Of a DNA stretch of 28,687 nt, positions 7,653 to 17,487 are shown one piece after another (the stretch's first letter is position 1; every line of letters starts with the position of its first letter). This stretch comes from a bacterium (GTDB lineage Bacteria; Krumholzibacteriota; Krumholzibacteriia; LZORAL124-64-63): NCBI GenBank assembly GCA_031441465.1, contig JANOEP010000018.1:1-28687 (forward strand), given 5' to 3'. The notes beneath the pieces were generated by a model. It saw only the letters and a list, made by a program, of their open reading frames with translations. It searched no databases and was not told the DNA's origin. A program made the position numbers and the translations under genes.

Positions 7653-8330
7653 TCACCGCACGTGATCGGGCTGCGGCCGGTACTGGCCACGGGAGTCCAG
7701 ATAATGCGCCCACAAGATCCTGGCCGCGACCGAGCGCCACGGGCCCCACGCGGCCGCCATCGCCAGCTGCTCGTCCCGTGTGGGCGGGGCGGCGAGGCGC
7801 TTGATGTCGCGGAGCGCCGAGGCCAGGGCCAGATCCCCCTGCGGCCAGACGTCGGGCCGCCGCAAGGCCATCAGGTAATAGATGTCGATGCTCCAAGGCC
7901 CGAGTCCTGGGACTCCCAGCAACTCCCGGCGCCCCGCTTCATCGGGACTGCGCGCGACCGCCGCGAGATCGAGTCGGCCGTCGAGGACGCGGGCGGCCAG
8001 GCCGTGGCAGTAGGCGGCCTTCTGCCGCGTCAGGCCGAAGTCCCGCAGCCCGCCTTCCTGCGCGGCTTGGACCGCCTCCGGGGTCATCGCGCCGAGGTGG
8101 CGGACGAGCCGCAGGTAGAGCGTGCGGGCCGCGGCCAGCGACACCTGCTGCTCGAGGATGATCCGGATGAGTGTCGGGAAACCGGGGTTGCGGCCCCACA
8201 GCGGGGGGATGCCGAGACGGCTGACGACGGCGCCCAGGTCGGGATCCCGCTCCACGAGTCGACGCGCACCTTCGCCGAGCGTGGTCGCGGTTAGGCGCCG
8301 CGGCGGGCTGTCGGGGGATCTTGGCTCCAA
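7653..8330 (-). CDS. DNA-3-methyladenine glycosylase II (AlkA-like, HhH-GPD family)
   Basis: ILEQQVSLAAA, HhH motif VPGLGPWS, DVWPQGDL, WGPWRSVAARILW; TTG start uncertain. Confidence 0.88.
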   Translation of the reverse strand: MEPRSPDSPPRRLTATTLGEGARRLVERDPDLGAVVSRLGIPPLWGRNPGFPTLIRIILEQQVSLAAARTLYLRLVRHLGAMTPEAVQAAQEGGLRDFGLTRQKAAYCHGLAARVLDGRLDLAAVARSPDEAGRRELLGVPGLGPWSIDIYYLMALRRPDVWPQGDLALASALRDIKRLAAPPTRDEQLAMAAAWGPWRSVAARILWAHYLDSRGQYRPQPDHVR

Positions 8331-8372
8331 CAGTTGTCGATCCAGTCTGATCTGCGGAACACCGCAAGACCG

Positions 8373-9311
8373 CTATTCGGCTTTCTGCTCCGATACCGCC
8401 CGGATCGCCTGCTCCAGCGCCCGGTTGAATTCGTCCGGACGGTCCATCATCAGGAAATGGTCCGCGCCCTTGATGATCACGGCGTCGTAAGTGGCCATGT
8501 GCCGTCGGTTCGCCTCGTAATTGACGGGCCACCGGTCCCCGTTGATCGTCACGACGGGGATGCGCAGCCCGTCGAAGACCCTGGCCGCATCCCCCGTCAC
8601 GTACTGCGACATCAAGGCGTCCATCGCGCTCAGGGCGACCGTCGGCGGCGCGCTCGAGATGTCCGCGAGGATCCACTCGCGGAGCTGGGGATCGGTGTCC
8701 GCAGAGATCATCGCCTCCACGAACTGCCGGCTCCCGGTCCGGAAATCGTCCCTCAGCGGGGCGAGCATTCCGTCGAGTTCCTCGCGCGTCATCGGGTATT
8801 CGACGTCTTCCAGGGTGTCCACGCCGATCAGGCCCACAACGACGTCGGGCATGAGGCGGGCGGCCTCCGCGATCACCGAGCCTCCCATGGAATGACCGAT
8901 CAGGACAACGCTGCGGCTGCCCGTCGCCTCGGTCACCGCCCGGACGTCCTCCCCGAACGACGCCATCGTGTACTGCGAGCGCGCGGTGCCGGAGTGTCCG
9001 TGGCCGGCGAGGTCCAGCGCGATCACACGATGATGCTGCGAGAAATGAGGCAGCTGAGCGCGCCAGTAGCGGGCGTCGCAGCTCCAGCCGTGCACGAACA
9101 CGAGGGTCGGCTCCCCGGAGCCGCGGACCTCGTACGAGATCGGCACGCTGTCGCTGGATACGGCGAAGTGAGGCCAGTCCGTTTGCGCCGGCGCCCCTCC
9201 CGCGGCGAGGATCAGGAAAGCCAGGCAACAGACCAGGGTCCTCGCGCGTCCGGCTGACGGTTTGACGGCATTGACGCGGCAAGCCCGTACCACGCGTGCA
9301 CTGTCGATCAT
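8373..9311 (-). CDS. Exported alpha/beta-fold hydrolase
   Basis: FVHGW, DLAGHG, GHSMGG nucleophile elbow, GADHF; ATG 9311 with GGAGG RBS; signal-peptide-like N-terminus. Confidence 0.88.
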   Translation of the reverse strand: MIDSARVVRACRVNAVKPSAGRARTLVCCLAFLILAAGGAPAQTDWPHFAVSSDSVPISYEVRGSGEPTLVFVHGWSCDARYWRAQLPHFSQHHRVIALDLAGHGHSGTARSQYTMASFGEDVRAVTEATGSRSVVLIGHSMGGSVIAEAARLMPDVVVGLIGVDTLEDVEYPMTREELDGMLAPLRDDFRTGSRQFVEAMISADTDPQLREWILADISSAPPTVALSAMDALMSQYVTGDAARVFDGLRIPVVTINGDRWPVNYEANRRHMATYDAVIIKGADHFLMMDRPDEFNRALEQAIRAVSEQKAE

Positions 9312-9529
9312 GATGCCCCCTCCGAGTTCGCCGTGAATGACTCCGCACTTCCGTCGGCGGGGTGTCGGTGCGCGTGTGTTCCCGGTTTCCGCCGCCCCCG
9401 CGGCCGGTTCGTGGAGCATACGGCGCCGGAGCCTACCGCACCAGCGCCACCACGAAGAGGCCCGGCCGCCTTGCGGCGTCCAGGACCCTGACGTAGAAAT
9501 TCGCTGTCCACTTCAGGGGTGGGACGGAA

Positions 9530-9558
9530 GGGCCCCCGAGACTGCGCCTCGGGGGCCC
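9530..9558 (-). terminator. Hairpin downstream of serC (possible terminator)
   Basis: gggcccccgag / ctcgggggccc 11-bp stem, 7-nt loop; U-tract weak. Confidence 0.5.
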
Positions 9559-9576
9559 CATCGGCGGAGTCCGCCG

Positions 9577-10662
<1,086 letters not shown>

Positions 10663-10664
10663 GG

Positions 10665-11549
10665 CTACTTACCTCCGTTGACGTAGTCCGTGATGATGGT
10701 CTGCACTTCGTCGCCGATGCGCAGCAGGTTTTCCTTGGTGCTCGCGCCGAGGTGCGGCGCCATCAGGACGTTGGGCGCCTTGAGCAGGGGGTAGTCGGCC
10801 GGCGGCGGGTCGCTGGGCCACACGTCGGTGGCGTAGGTCCCGACCTGCCCGCTCGCCAGCGCGGCGGCCATGTCCGCGGCGTTGACGCACTTGCCGCGGC
10901 CCGTGTTCACGATCACGACGCCCTTCTTCATCTTGGCGATGGTGGCGGCGTTGATCATGCAGTCCGTCTCGGGCGTGAAGGGCGTGTGCATCGAGATGTA
11001 GTCGGCGTCGGCGACCAGCGCCTCGAGCGTCGGCTTCACGGCGGCGAAGTCGCTGCCCGGGACGAAGGGGTCGAAGTACTGGACCTTCATGCCGAAGGCG
11101 GCGGCGCGCTTGGCCACCTCGCGCGCGATGTTGCCCATGCCGATCAGGCCGAGGGTCTTGCCGAACAGCTCGGTCCGCTTCAGCTCCTTCTTGAGGAACT
11201 GGCCGCCGGCGGTGGTGGTGTGGGCCTCCACCAGGCGGTTGGGCACCGCGAGCATCAGCGCGAAGGCCAGTTCCGCCACCGCGATGCTCGACGACTTGGG
11301 CGTGTTCACGGCCTTGATGCCGTGGGCCTTGGCGTACTCGCGGTCGATGTTGTCCATGCCCACGCCGCCGCGGATCACCAGCTTCACCTTGGGGGCGCCG
11401 GCGAACCACTCGGCCGTGCACTTGGACTTGCTGCGGATGAGGACCACTTCGGCCTCGGGCAGCCGGCCGTGGTCTTCGGTGACCTCGCCGAAGCGGGCGA
11501 GTTTGGCGGGCAGCGAGCCGTCGAAGGCGTCGGCGATCAGAATCAGCAT
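10665..11549 (-). CDS. serA: D-3-phosphoglycerate dehydrogenase-like (short form lacking ACT domain)
   Basis: GVGMDNID, GLIGMGNIA Rossmann motif, NTGRG, PHLGAST; lies between DUF1015 and serC. Confidence 0.82.
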   Translation of the reverse strand: MLILIADAFDGSLPAKLARFGEVTEDHGRLPEAEVVLIRSKSKCTAEWFAGAPKVKLVIRGGVGMDNIDREYAKAHGIKAVNTPKSSSIAVAELAFALMLAVPNRLVEAHTTTAGGQFLKKELKRTELFGKTLGLIGMGNIAREVAKRAAAFGMKVQYFDPFVPGSDFAAVKPTLEALVADADYISMHTPFTPETDCMINAATIAKMKKGVVIVNTGRGKCVNAADMAAALASGQVGTYATDVWPSDPPPADYPLLKAPNVLMAPHLGASTKENLLRIGDEVQTIITDYVNGGK

Positions 11550-11591
11550 GACGTGTTCCCTTTCACCTGAGTGACATTCTCCACGTGACTT

Positions 11592-12830
11592 TCAACCATC
11601 GAGCGATCGGACCACGACGCCCGAGCGCAGCTTCGGCTCGAACCACGTGGACTTCGGGGGCATCACTTCGTTCGCGTCGGCGATGGCCATCAGCTGCGCG
11701 ACGCTTACCGGGTACAGCGCGAACGCCACCTTCATGTCGCCGCGGCAGCGCCGCTCCAGTTCGCTGGTGCCGCGCATGCCCCCGACGAAGTCGATGCGCT
11801 TGCTCGTGCGGGGATCGGCGATGCCGAGGATCGGCGCCAGCAGGTTGTCCTGCAGGATGCTGGCGTCGAGCCCTTTCACCGGATGTTCCGCGGGGTACGT
11901 CCCGGGCTTCGCGGTGAGCCGGTACCAACGGTTCTCGAGGAACATGCCGAACTCGTGCACGCCGGCCGGTTCGGCTGCGGAGGTGGGCGCGACTTCGAAC
12001 GACGCCGCGACACGGGCGAGGAAATCCTCCGTCGTCAGGCCGTTCAGGTCCCGCACCACGCGGTGGTAGCCCATGATCCGCAGCTCGTCGTCGGGGAAGA
12101 GGGTCGCCAGGAAGAAGTTGTACGCTTCCTGGCCGGTGTGCCGCGGGTTGCGGTCGCGGAAGAGGTTGCGGACGCGGAAGCCCGAGGCGCTGCGGTGGTG
12201 GCCGTCGGCGATGTAGACCGCGTCGACGTGACGGAACGCGTCGCGGATGTCGGCGACCGACCGGGGATCGTCGATGCGCCACAACGTGTGGCCGATGCCG
12301 TCGGCGGCGACGAAGTCGGCGACGGGCGCCCGGGCGCAGGCCCGCTCGATGAGCGCGTGGACGTCGTCGCGGTGCTTGTAGGTCAGCAGCACCGGGCCGG
12401 CGTTGGCGCGCAGCATCTCGGTGTGGCGCGCGCGGTCGTCCTCCTTCTCGCGGCGGGTGTGCTCGTGCTTCTTGATGGACCCGTCCTCGTACTCCTGGGC
12501 GCTGACGCCGGCGACGAGGCCGCGCTGCACATGGTCGCCCATGCGCAGCTGGTACACGTAGAACGACGGCTCGGCGTCATAGGCGAGCACGCCCTGGTCG
12601 ATCATCCAGCGAAACGTCTCGACGCTCTTCTCGTACACGGCGTCGCCGTGGACGTCGACGTCCGGCGGCAGGTCGACCTCGGCCTTGGAAACCCGCAGGA
12701 AGCAGTACGGGTTGCCCGCCGCCATCTCCCGCGCCTCCGCGGAATCGAGGACGTCGTAGGGGGGGCTGGCGACCTGGTCGACGAGATCGGGCCGGGGTCG
12801 CAGTCCCCGGAAGGGGCGGATATCCGACAC
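11592..12830 (-). CDS. DUF1015 family protein
   Basis: PPYDV, IKKHEHT, YIADGHHR, MPPKSTWFEPKLRSG; GTG start with AAGGAGG RBS. Confidence 0.92.
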   Translation of the reverse strand: MSDIRPFRGLRPRPDLVDQVASPPYDVLDSAEAREMAAGNPYCFLRVSKAEVDLPPDVDVHGDAVYEKSVETFRWMIDQGVLAYDAEPSFYVYQLRMGDHVQRGLVAGVSAQEYEDGSIKKHEHTRREKEDDRARHTEMLRANAGPVLLTYKHRDDVHALIERACARAPVADFVAADGIGHTLWRIDDPRSVADIRDAFRHVDAVYIADGHHRSASGFRVRNLFRDRNPRHTGQEAYNFFLATLFPDDELRIMGYHRVVRDLNGLTTEDFLARVAASFEVAPTSAAEPAGVHEFGMFLENRWYRLTAKPGTYPAEHPVKGLDASILQDNLLAPILGIADPRTSKRIDFVGGMRGTSELERRCRGDMKVAFALYPVSVAQLMAIADANEVMPPKSTWFEPKLRSGVVVRSLDG

Positions 12831-12914
12831 GTGGAGCCTCCTTGACGGACAAGCGATGGGCGCGTTGCGGACCGGCCGGTTGCTCCTGAACTAGGAGCAG
12901 GAACATCCCGGCGT

Positions 12915-13229
12915 TCAGCCGTAGCCGAGCCAGTAGTGCTGGTAGGGAAGCAGACACTTCTGGAGGTAGGCGGCAGCCGACTCACGGTCGTCGAAGGCCC
13001 TGATGTCCTGGCTGCCCAGATCGTAGGACTCGACCACGGCCCACAAGGCGCCGATCCGCACCAGCCGCAACAGTCCCCCCGCACCGGTCACATGGGACTC
13101 CTCGACGTGGATCGCGTCGAGCAGCGGCTCCCACTCGGCCGTCCTGAGGTGGACGCTTTGGCCTTTGGCGAGATGAGTCTTGAGTGTCCTGAGCGTCATC
13201 GCCGTTCCAGGCTTTGGTTTGATCCCCAC
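12915..13229 (-). CDS. Hypothetical protein (about 94-104 aa)
   Basis: Fills the intergenic gap with protein-like composition; start at GTG 13229 or ATG 13199; no family recognised. Confidence 0.5.
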   Translation of the reverse strand: MGIKPKPGTAMTLRTLKTHLAKGQSVHLRTAEWEPLLDAIHVEESHVTGAGGLLRLVRIGALWAVVESYDLGSQDIRAFDDRESAAAYLQKCLLPYQHYWLGYG

Positions 13230-13315
13230 CTGTGAAGTTATTGTCTGATGCGGTTATTTCCACAACAATCTTAACTCGGGGGAGCGTCGGCGGCAATACA
13301 TCGGTAAGTCCCTTC

Positions 13316-13467
13316 ACACATTGAAGTTGAACAACCTGCTGTGGTGGGGGGCGCTGGCCGGTCACATCCTGTGACCGGCGACGCTCGACTTTCGGGTCCC
13401 TGCGCCCTCCTGGCGCAGGGACCCTTCAGACGCCCCCACCACAGCAGGTTGTTCAACTTCAATGTGT
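13316..13467 (+). repeat. Structured repeat copy 1: 35-bp perfect terminal inverted repeat enclosing two hairpins (MITE/REP-like)
   Basis: 13316-13350 is the reverse complement of 13433-13467; internal stems 13357-13379 (10 bp) and 13394-13424 (13 bp). Confidence 0.85.
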
Positions 13468-13474
13468 TGCGGGG

Positions 13475-15247
13475 CTAGTCGACGTCATCGTAGGCGGCGG
13501 CGCCGCTTTGCCAGCGCATCGAGAGGCCGGGAAAACCGAGGGGTGTGAGGTCTTGGTCGACCCACCAGAGGTCGGCGCGGACGGGGTCGACCACGATGTC
13601 TGTGGAGCCGGGGATGGCGCGCAGGGTGAGCGTTCCTTTTTGCCAAGGGACGCCGGGGTGGACGGACACGGTCAGGCGGGCGGGTCGGTCCAGGGGGACG
13701 GTGAGGGAGGCGCCCGGCGCCGGGGTGATGCGCAGGGAGTCGGGACGGCTGATGCCGAGGGGCCTGTAGATCAACTCCACCAGGTCGCCGAAGACCGGCT
13801 CCGCGCCGACCGCGTGCGCCACCGGCGCGACGACGGGGCGGGACCACGCCGAGGGCATGAGCTGCGTCTCGATGACGGGCTTCAGCGTCGTCACGGCGAC
13901 GGTCGTCACGGCGGCGACCAACCCGGCCAGCATCAGGCGGCGCGACCGGGGCCGCAGTTCCGCCCGATGCGCCCAGCCCACGCCGGCCGCCGGCAGCAGC
14001 AGCGCCAACAGCGGCAGATGCAGGCGCGAGAAGGCGATCGTCAGCAGCGGCCCGACCGCGCCGGCGAACGTCAGCAACAGCAGCGCGCGCCGGTGCCGCA
14101 GCCGCCCGGGGATCAGCAGGCCGCACAGCGCGAGGCCGGCCAGGGACAGGTAGGCCGCGAAGGTGAGCGCCCAGAGCGCCGCGATCAAAGGCAGGGGCAG
14201 CGGCCGCACCACCGCGTGCACGAGGTGGCGTACCGGGAACATGTCCGCCGACCACAGCAAACCGGCGCGCTCCACGACACGGCGCAGCGCGGCGCCGGGG
14301 TCGCGCGCGACCTGATCCAAAGCGTAGACCTGCATGGCCGCGTCCGGCGCGAGCCCGCGCGCCGCGGCGAACGTCCCGACCTCGCGGCGCAGACGCGCGT
14401 GAGTTTCGGGGCCGAGCCACGTGGCCCCCTCGCCCTTTTCGATCAAGGGGTTGTTGCCCAACGCCAGGTTGAAACCCGTGCCGGTGGCCAGCAGGACCGG
14501 ACGGCCCTCGTGACGCCACAAGGTCGCTTCCCAGGGCAGGATCGTCAGCACGGCGACCAGGACCATCGCGCCGGCCGCGCGGCGGCGGCCCACCCAGCAA
14601 CGGCGGGGGCCGAGGAAGGCGAGCGGCAGCAGCAGCAGGTACGGCAAGCCGGCCGGTCTCGTCAGCATCAGCAGGCCCAGGGCCAGGCCCGCGGTGGCGG
14701 CGCGCCGCAACTGCGTCCGACCGCCGGCCGCGTGCACGGCGACGTCGCGCGCCGCCAGGGCCCTCTCCCAGGCTCCCAGCAGCAACAGGATGTACAGGGG
14801 CTCGGCCCACAGCGACGCGCCGAAGAAGTTGAACGCCGGGTAGAGCACGTGCAGCCAGGCGGCGGCCGCCGCGGCGCGGCGGTCGGCGAGCCGGCGCGCG
14901 ATCAGGTAGACCAGCGGCGTCGCGAGCGCGCCCCACAGCGCCGACAAGACGCGGGCGCGGGCGGCGCCGGCGCCGTCGGCCGTGTAGACCGTGCTCATCA
15001 GCAGCGGATGCAGGGGCGGTTGGAAGCCGCGGTCGTAGGCCTGCTCCCAATGCTCGGGGGCGATGTCGCCGCGAGACAGGTCGGCGGTGACGGCCTGCCA
15101 GCCCTGGGCGCGGCGGTCGTAGCCGTACTCGTCGAAGGAGGGCCGCGCGTCCGACTTCAGCAAGACGACCACGGTCGCCAGGCGCGCCAGCAAGGTGATC
15201 AGGAACAACAACAGCAGCAGACGCCGCTCGCCCTTCGGCACGCTCAC
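13475..15247 (-). CDS. Integral-membrane GT-C glycosyltransferase (ArnT/PMT_2-like)
   Basis: GTG 15247 overlaps the upstream stop; FDE motif after TM1, QPPLHP, LWAEPLY, LTRP; many TM helices. Confidence 0.78.
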   Translation of the reverse strand: MSVPKGERRLLLLLFLITLLARLATVVVLLKSDARPSFDEYGYDRRAQGWQAVTADLSRGDIAPEHWEQAYDRGFQPPLHPLLMSTVYTADGAGAARARVLSALWGALATPLVYLIARRLADRRAAAAAAWLHVLYPAFNFFGASLWAEPLYILLLLGAWERALAARDVAVHAAGGRTQLRRAATAGLALGLLMLTRPAGLPYLLLLPLAFLGPRRCWVGRRRAAGAMVLVAVLTILPWEATLWRHEGRPVLLATGTGFNLALGNNPLIEKGEGATWLGPETHARLRREVGTFAAARGLAPDAAMQVYALDQVARDPGAALRRVVERAGLLWSADMFPVRHLVHAVVRPLPLPLIAALWALTFAAYLSLAGLALCGLLIPGRLRHRRALLLLTFAGAVGPLLTIAFSRLHLPLLALLLPAAGVGWAHRAELRPRSRRLMLAGLVAAVTTVAVTTLKPVIETQLMPSAWSRPVVAPVAHAVGAEPVFGDLVELIYRPLGISRPDSLRITPAPGASLTVPLDRPARLTVSVHPGVPWQKGTLTLRAIPGSTDIVVDPVRADLWWVDQDLTPLGFPGLSMRWQSGAAAYDDVD

Positions 15248-16416
15248 GTCCGCCCCGTCCCATGTCGTTCCGCCACGGCGAGGCGTTCCACGGCTTCGGC
15301 CATCCGGTCCCAAGAGTAGCGTGCCTTCTCGCGCGCCACCGCGACCGAGAAGGGGCCCGCGCGGTCCTCGTCGAAGTAGCGGATCAGCGCCGCGGCCAGG
15401 GCGGCCGGATCGGACGGCGGCACCAGGTAACCGGTCTCGCCGTCGCGCACGACCTCGGGCAGGCCGCCCACGTCGGTCGCCACGACCGGCAGGTCGTAGT
15501 TGTAGGCGATCTGGACGATGCCGCTCTGGGTGGCCGACACGTACGGCAGCGCGGCGACGTCGGCGGCCAGGAACCAGTCCTCGACCTCCTCGTCCGGCGC
15601 GTAGCCGTCGCGCCAGATCAGGATGTCGTCGCACGCGGCCGCGCGCCGCGCCGCGGCGTAGACTTCGCCGTCGCCGTAGACGTCCCCGACCACCACCACG
15701 CGGATCCCGTCGCCGTAACGTTCACGCAGGCGCGGCAGCGCCGCGATCAGGTGGACCACGCCCTTGTAGGCCTTGATGAAGCCGAAATAGAGCACCACAC
15801 GCCCGTCGGCGGGCAGCCCGAGCGCGGCGCGGGCCGCCGCGCGGGATCGCCGCGGGCGACCGGGCACGCCGAAGTCGTAGACCGGGTGCGGGCAGTCCAC
15901 CACCCGCGCGGGATTGGTGCGCGGGGCCGTGGCGAACAGGTCGCGCCGCACCTGATCGCTCTGCGCCACGAACCCGTCCCCCTGACTCAGGGCGAGCCGG
16001 GACAGCGGGCCCGCGAACGGGTAGCGCTCGTGCGCCACGACGTTGTCCAGCACGTAGACCACACGCACGCCCCGCGCCCGCAGCCGGCGCGCCACGCCCC
16101 AGTAGCCGGGCGCGAAGAACGGCAGCCAGAACTTCATCACCACCACGTCGGGGCGGAACGCCAGCAGGTCGTCGGCGGTGCGCCGCCAGCTCCAGGGATC
16201 CCAGGGTACGAAGCGGCACGAGTCGGGCGCCGGCATCCAGGCCGCCGTGGCGCCGGTCTGGCTGTGACCGGGAAAGAGCGGGTCCGGGTACTGGCGGCGG
16301 AAACCGGCCCAGTGCACCTCGTGGCCGCGCGCGACCAGGGTGCGGTGCAGCATCGCCAGCCAGGTGACGATGCCGCCGTGGAAGGGAGGGGCCGGCCCCA
16401 GCAGGCCGATCCTCAT
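15244..16416 (-). CDS. Glycosyltransferase family 4 (GT-B)
   Basis: PPFHGGI, FGFIKAYKG, ATQSG, ATDVGGLPEVV; ATG overlaps the GT9 stop (ATGA). Confidence 0.92.
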   Translation of the reverse strand: MRIGLLGPAPPFHGGIVTWLAMLHRTLVARGHEVHWAGFRRQYPDPLFPGHSQTGATAAWMPAPDSCRFVPWDPWSWRRTADDLLAFRPDVVVMKFWLPFFAPGYWGVARRLRARGVRVVYVLDNVVAHERYPFAGPLSRLALSQGDGFVAQSDQVRRDLFATAPRTNPARVVDCPHPVYDFGVPGRPRRSRAAARAALGLPADGRVVLYFGFIKAYKGVVHLIAALPRLRERYGDGIRVVVVGDVYGDGEVYAAARRAAACDDILIWRDGYAPDEEVEDWFLAADVAALPYVSATQSGIVQIAYNYDLPVVATDVGGLPEVVRDGETGYLVPPSDPAALAAALIRYFDEDRAGPFSVAVAREKARYSWDRMAEAVERLAVAERHGTGRT

Positions 16417-17486
16417 CGCGCCGCCGCCTGCCGGCGGACCGCTGCGAACACCGTCTCGGGCCGGAGCGTCGGCAGGCAGGGCTCGCTTTCGCGGCACCGC
16501 GGCTCGAAGTAGCAGGTGCAGGTCTTCTCGGGCGCGAGGATCTCGCCGCGGCCGTACAGCTCGAACTCGGCGGGGTTGAAGATGTTGTTCAGCAGGACCA
16601 GGCGTTTGCCCAGGCCGATGGCCAGGTGCATCGCCATCGTGACGGCCGAGACCACCACGTCGCAACGGTCCATCACGCCCACGAAGGCGTCCAGCGCGAA
16701 GGTGCCCGGGTAGTAGGCGCCGGTGGCCGCGGCGAGGCGGCGGTTGCGCGCGTCCTCGTCGGGCCCGCCCAGCAGCATCACGCCCAGCCCGTCCTCATGC
16801 AGACGGGTCGCCAGCGCCGCCCAGTGCTCTTCGGGCCACAGGCGGCTGGTCCAGCGCCCGCCGCATCCGGTGTTCAGGCCGACCAGGGCGCGTCCGGCCG
16901 GCGCTTCCAGTGGCGGCGGTGCGGCCGGACGGTCCAGTTCGTAGGGTTCGCCCCCGAACTCCCAGCCGCAGATCGCGAAGATCTCCTGCAGGTAGGACCG
17001 CGTGTTCGCCCGGCTGAGGTCGTCGAACAAGCCGGTCAGGAACTTGGCGCGCGCGGCCTCGCGCACCGCGGGCTGGCAGTAGCCGTCGTTGCGCAGGGTG
17101 AAGCCCTGGCGCCGCGACGAGCGGGACTCGCTGGTCAGCGCGCAGGCCTCGGGGTCCTTGTCCAGGTTGATGATCAGGTCGAAGTCGGTGTTGCGCACCC
17201 AGAGGATCGAGGCGGCGTCGAAGCGGCGCCGGTCGGGCACCGACGCCGGCACCAGTTCCGGATAGTACGACAGCCAGGTGAGCAGGTGGCGCGGGTACTG
17301 GCGGCGCAGCGCCGCGAGCAGCGGCGTCGTGCGCACGACGTCGCCCGCCGCGCCCAGCTTGATCAGCAGGATGCGCCCGCAGCGCGGCGTGAACTCGGGA
17401 CAGCCCTGGCAGTGGACGCCGCGCTCCTTGTGGGGGGCGCAGGGCCGGTCGCCGCGGAAGTGCAGGCAATCGCGCCGGACCTCCAT
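16413..17486 (-). CDS. Glycosyltransferase family 9 (heptosyltransferase-like)
   Basis: ILLIKLGAAGDVVRTTP, GLNTG…RLWP, TMAMHLAIGL; Cys-rich N- and C-terminal segments. Confidence 0.9.
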   Translation of the reverse strand: MEVRRDCLHFRGDRPCAPHKERGVHCQGCPEFTPRCGRILLIKLGAAGDVVRTTPLLAALRRQYPRHLLTWLSYYPELVPASVPDRRRFDAASILWVRNTDFDLIINLDKDPEACALTSESRSSRRQGFTLRNDGYCQPAVREAARAKFLTGLFDDLSRANTRSYLQEIFAICGWEFGGEPYELDRPAAPPPLEAPAGRALVGLNTGCGGRWTSRLWPEEHWAALATRLHEDGLGVMLLGGPDEDARNRRLAAATGAYYPGTFALDAFVGVMDRCDVVVSAVTMAMHLAIGLGKRLVLLNNIFNPAEFELYGRGEILAPEKTCTCYFEPRCRESEPCLPTLRPETVFAAVRRQAAAR

Positions 17487-17487
17487 G

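Noticed and set aside
13316..13467. tRNA or CRISPR interpretation of the cloverleaf-like repeat
   Set aside because: No T-loop, D-loop or CCA features and stems too long; no regularly spaced direct repeats
15248..15634. N-terminal extension of the 719-aa ORF (similar extensions at 3271, 6986, 9419, 16665, 23524, 28563)
   Set aside because: Arg/Gly-rich out-of-frame overlap with neighbours or upstream spacer; better starts have an RBS or stop/start coupling
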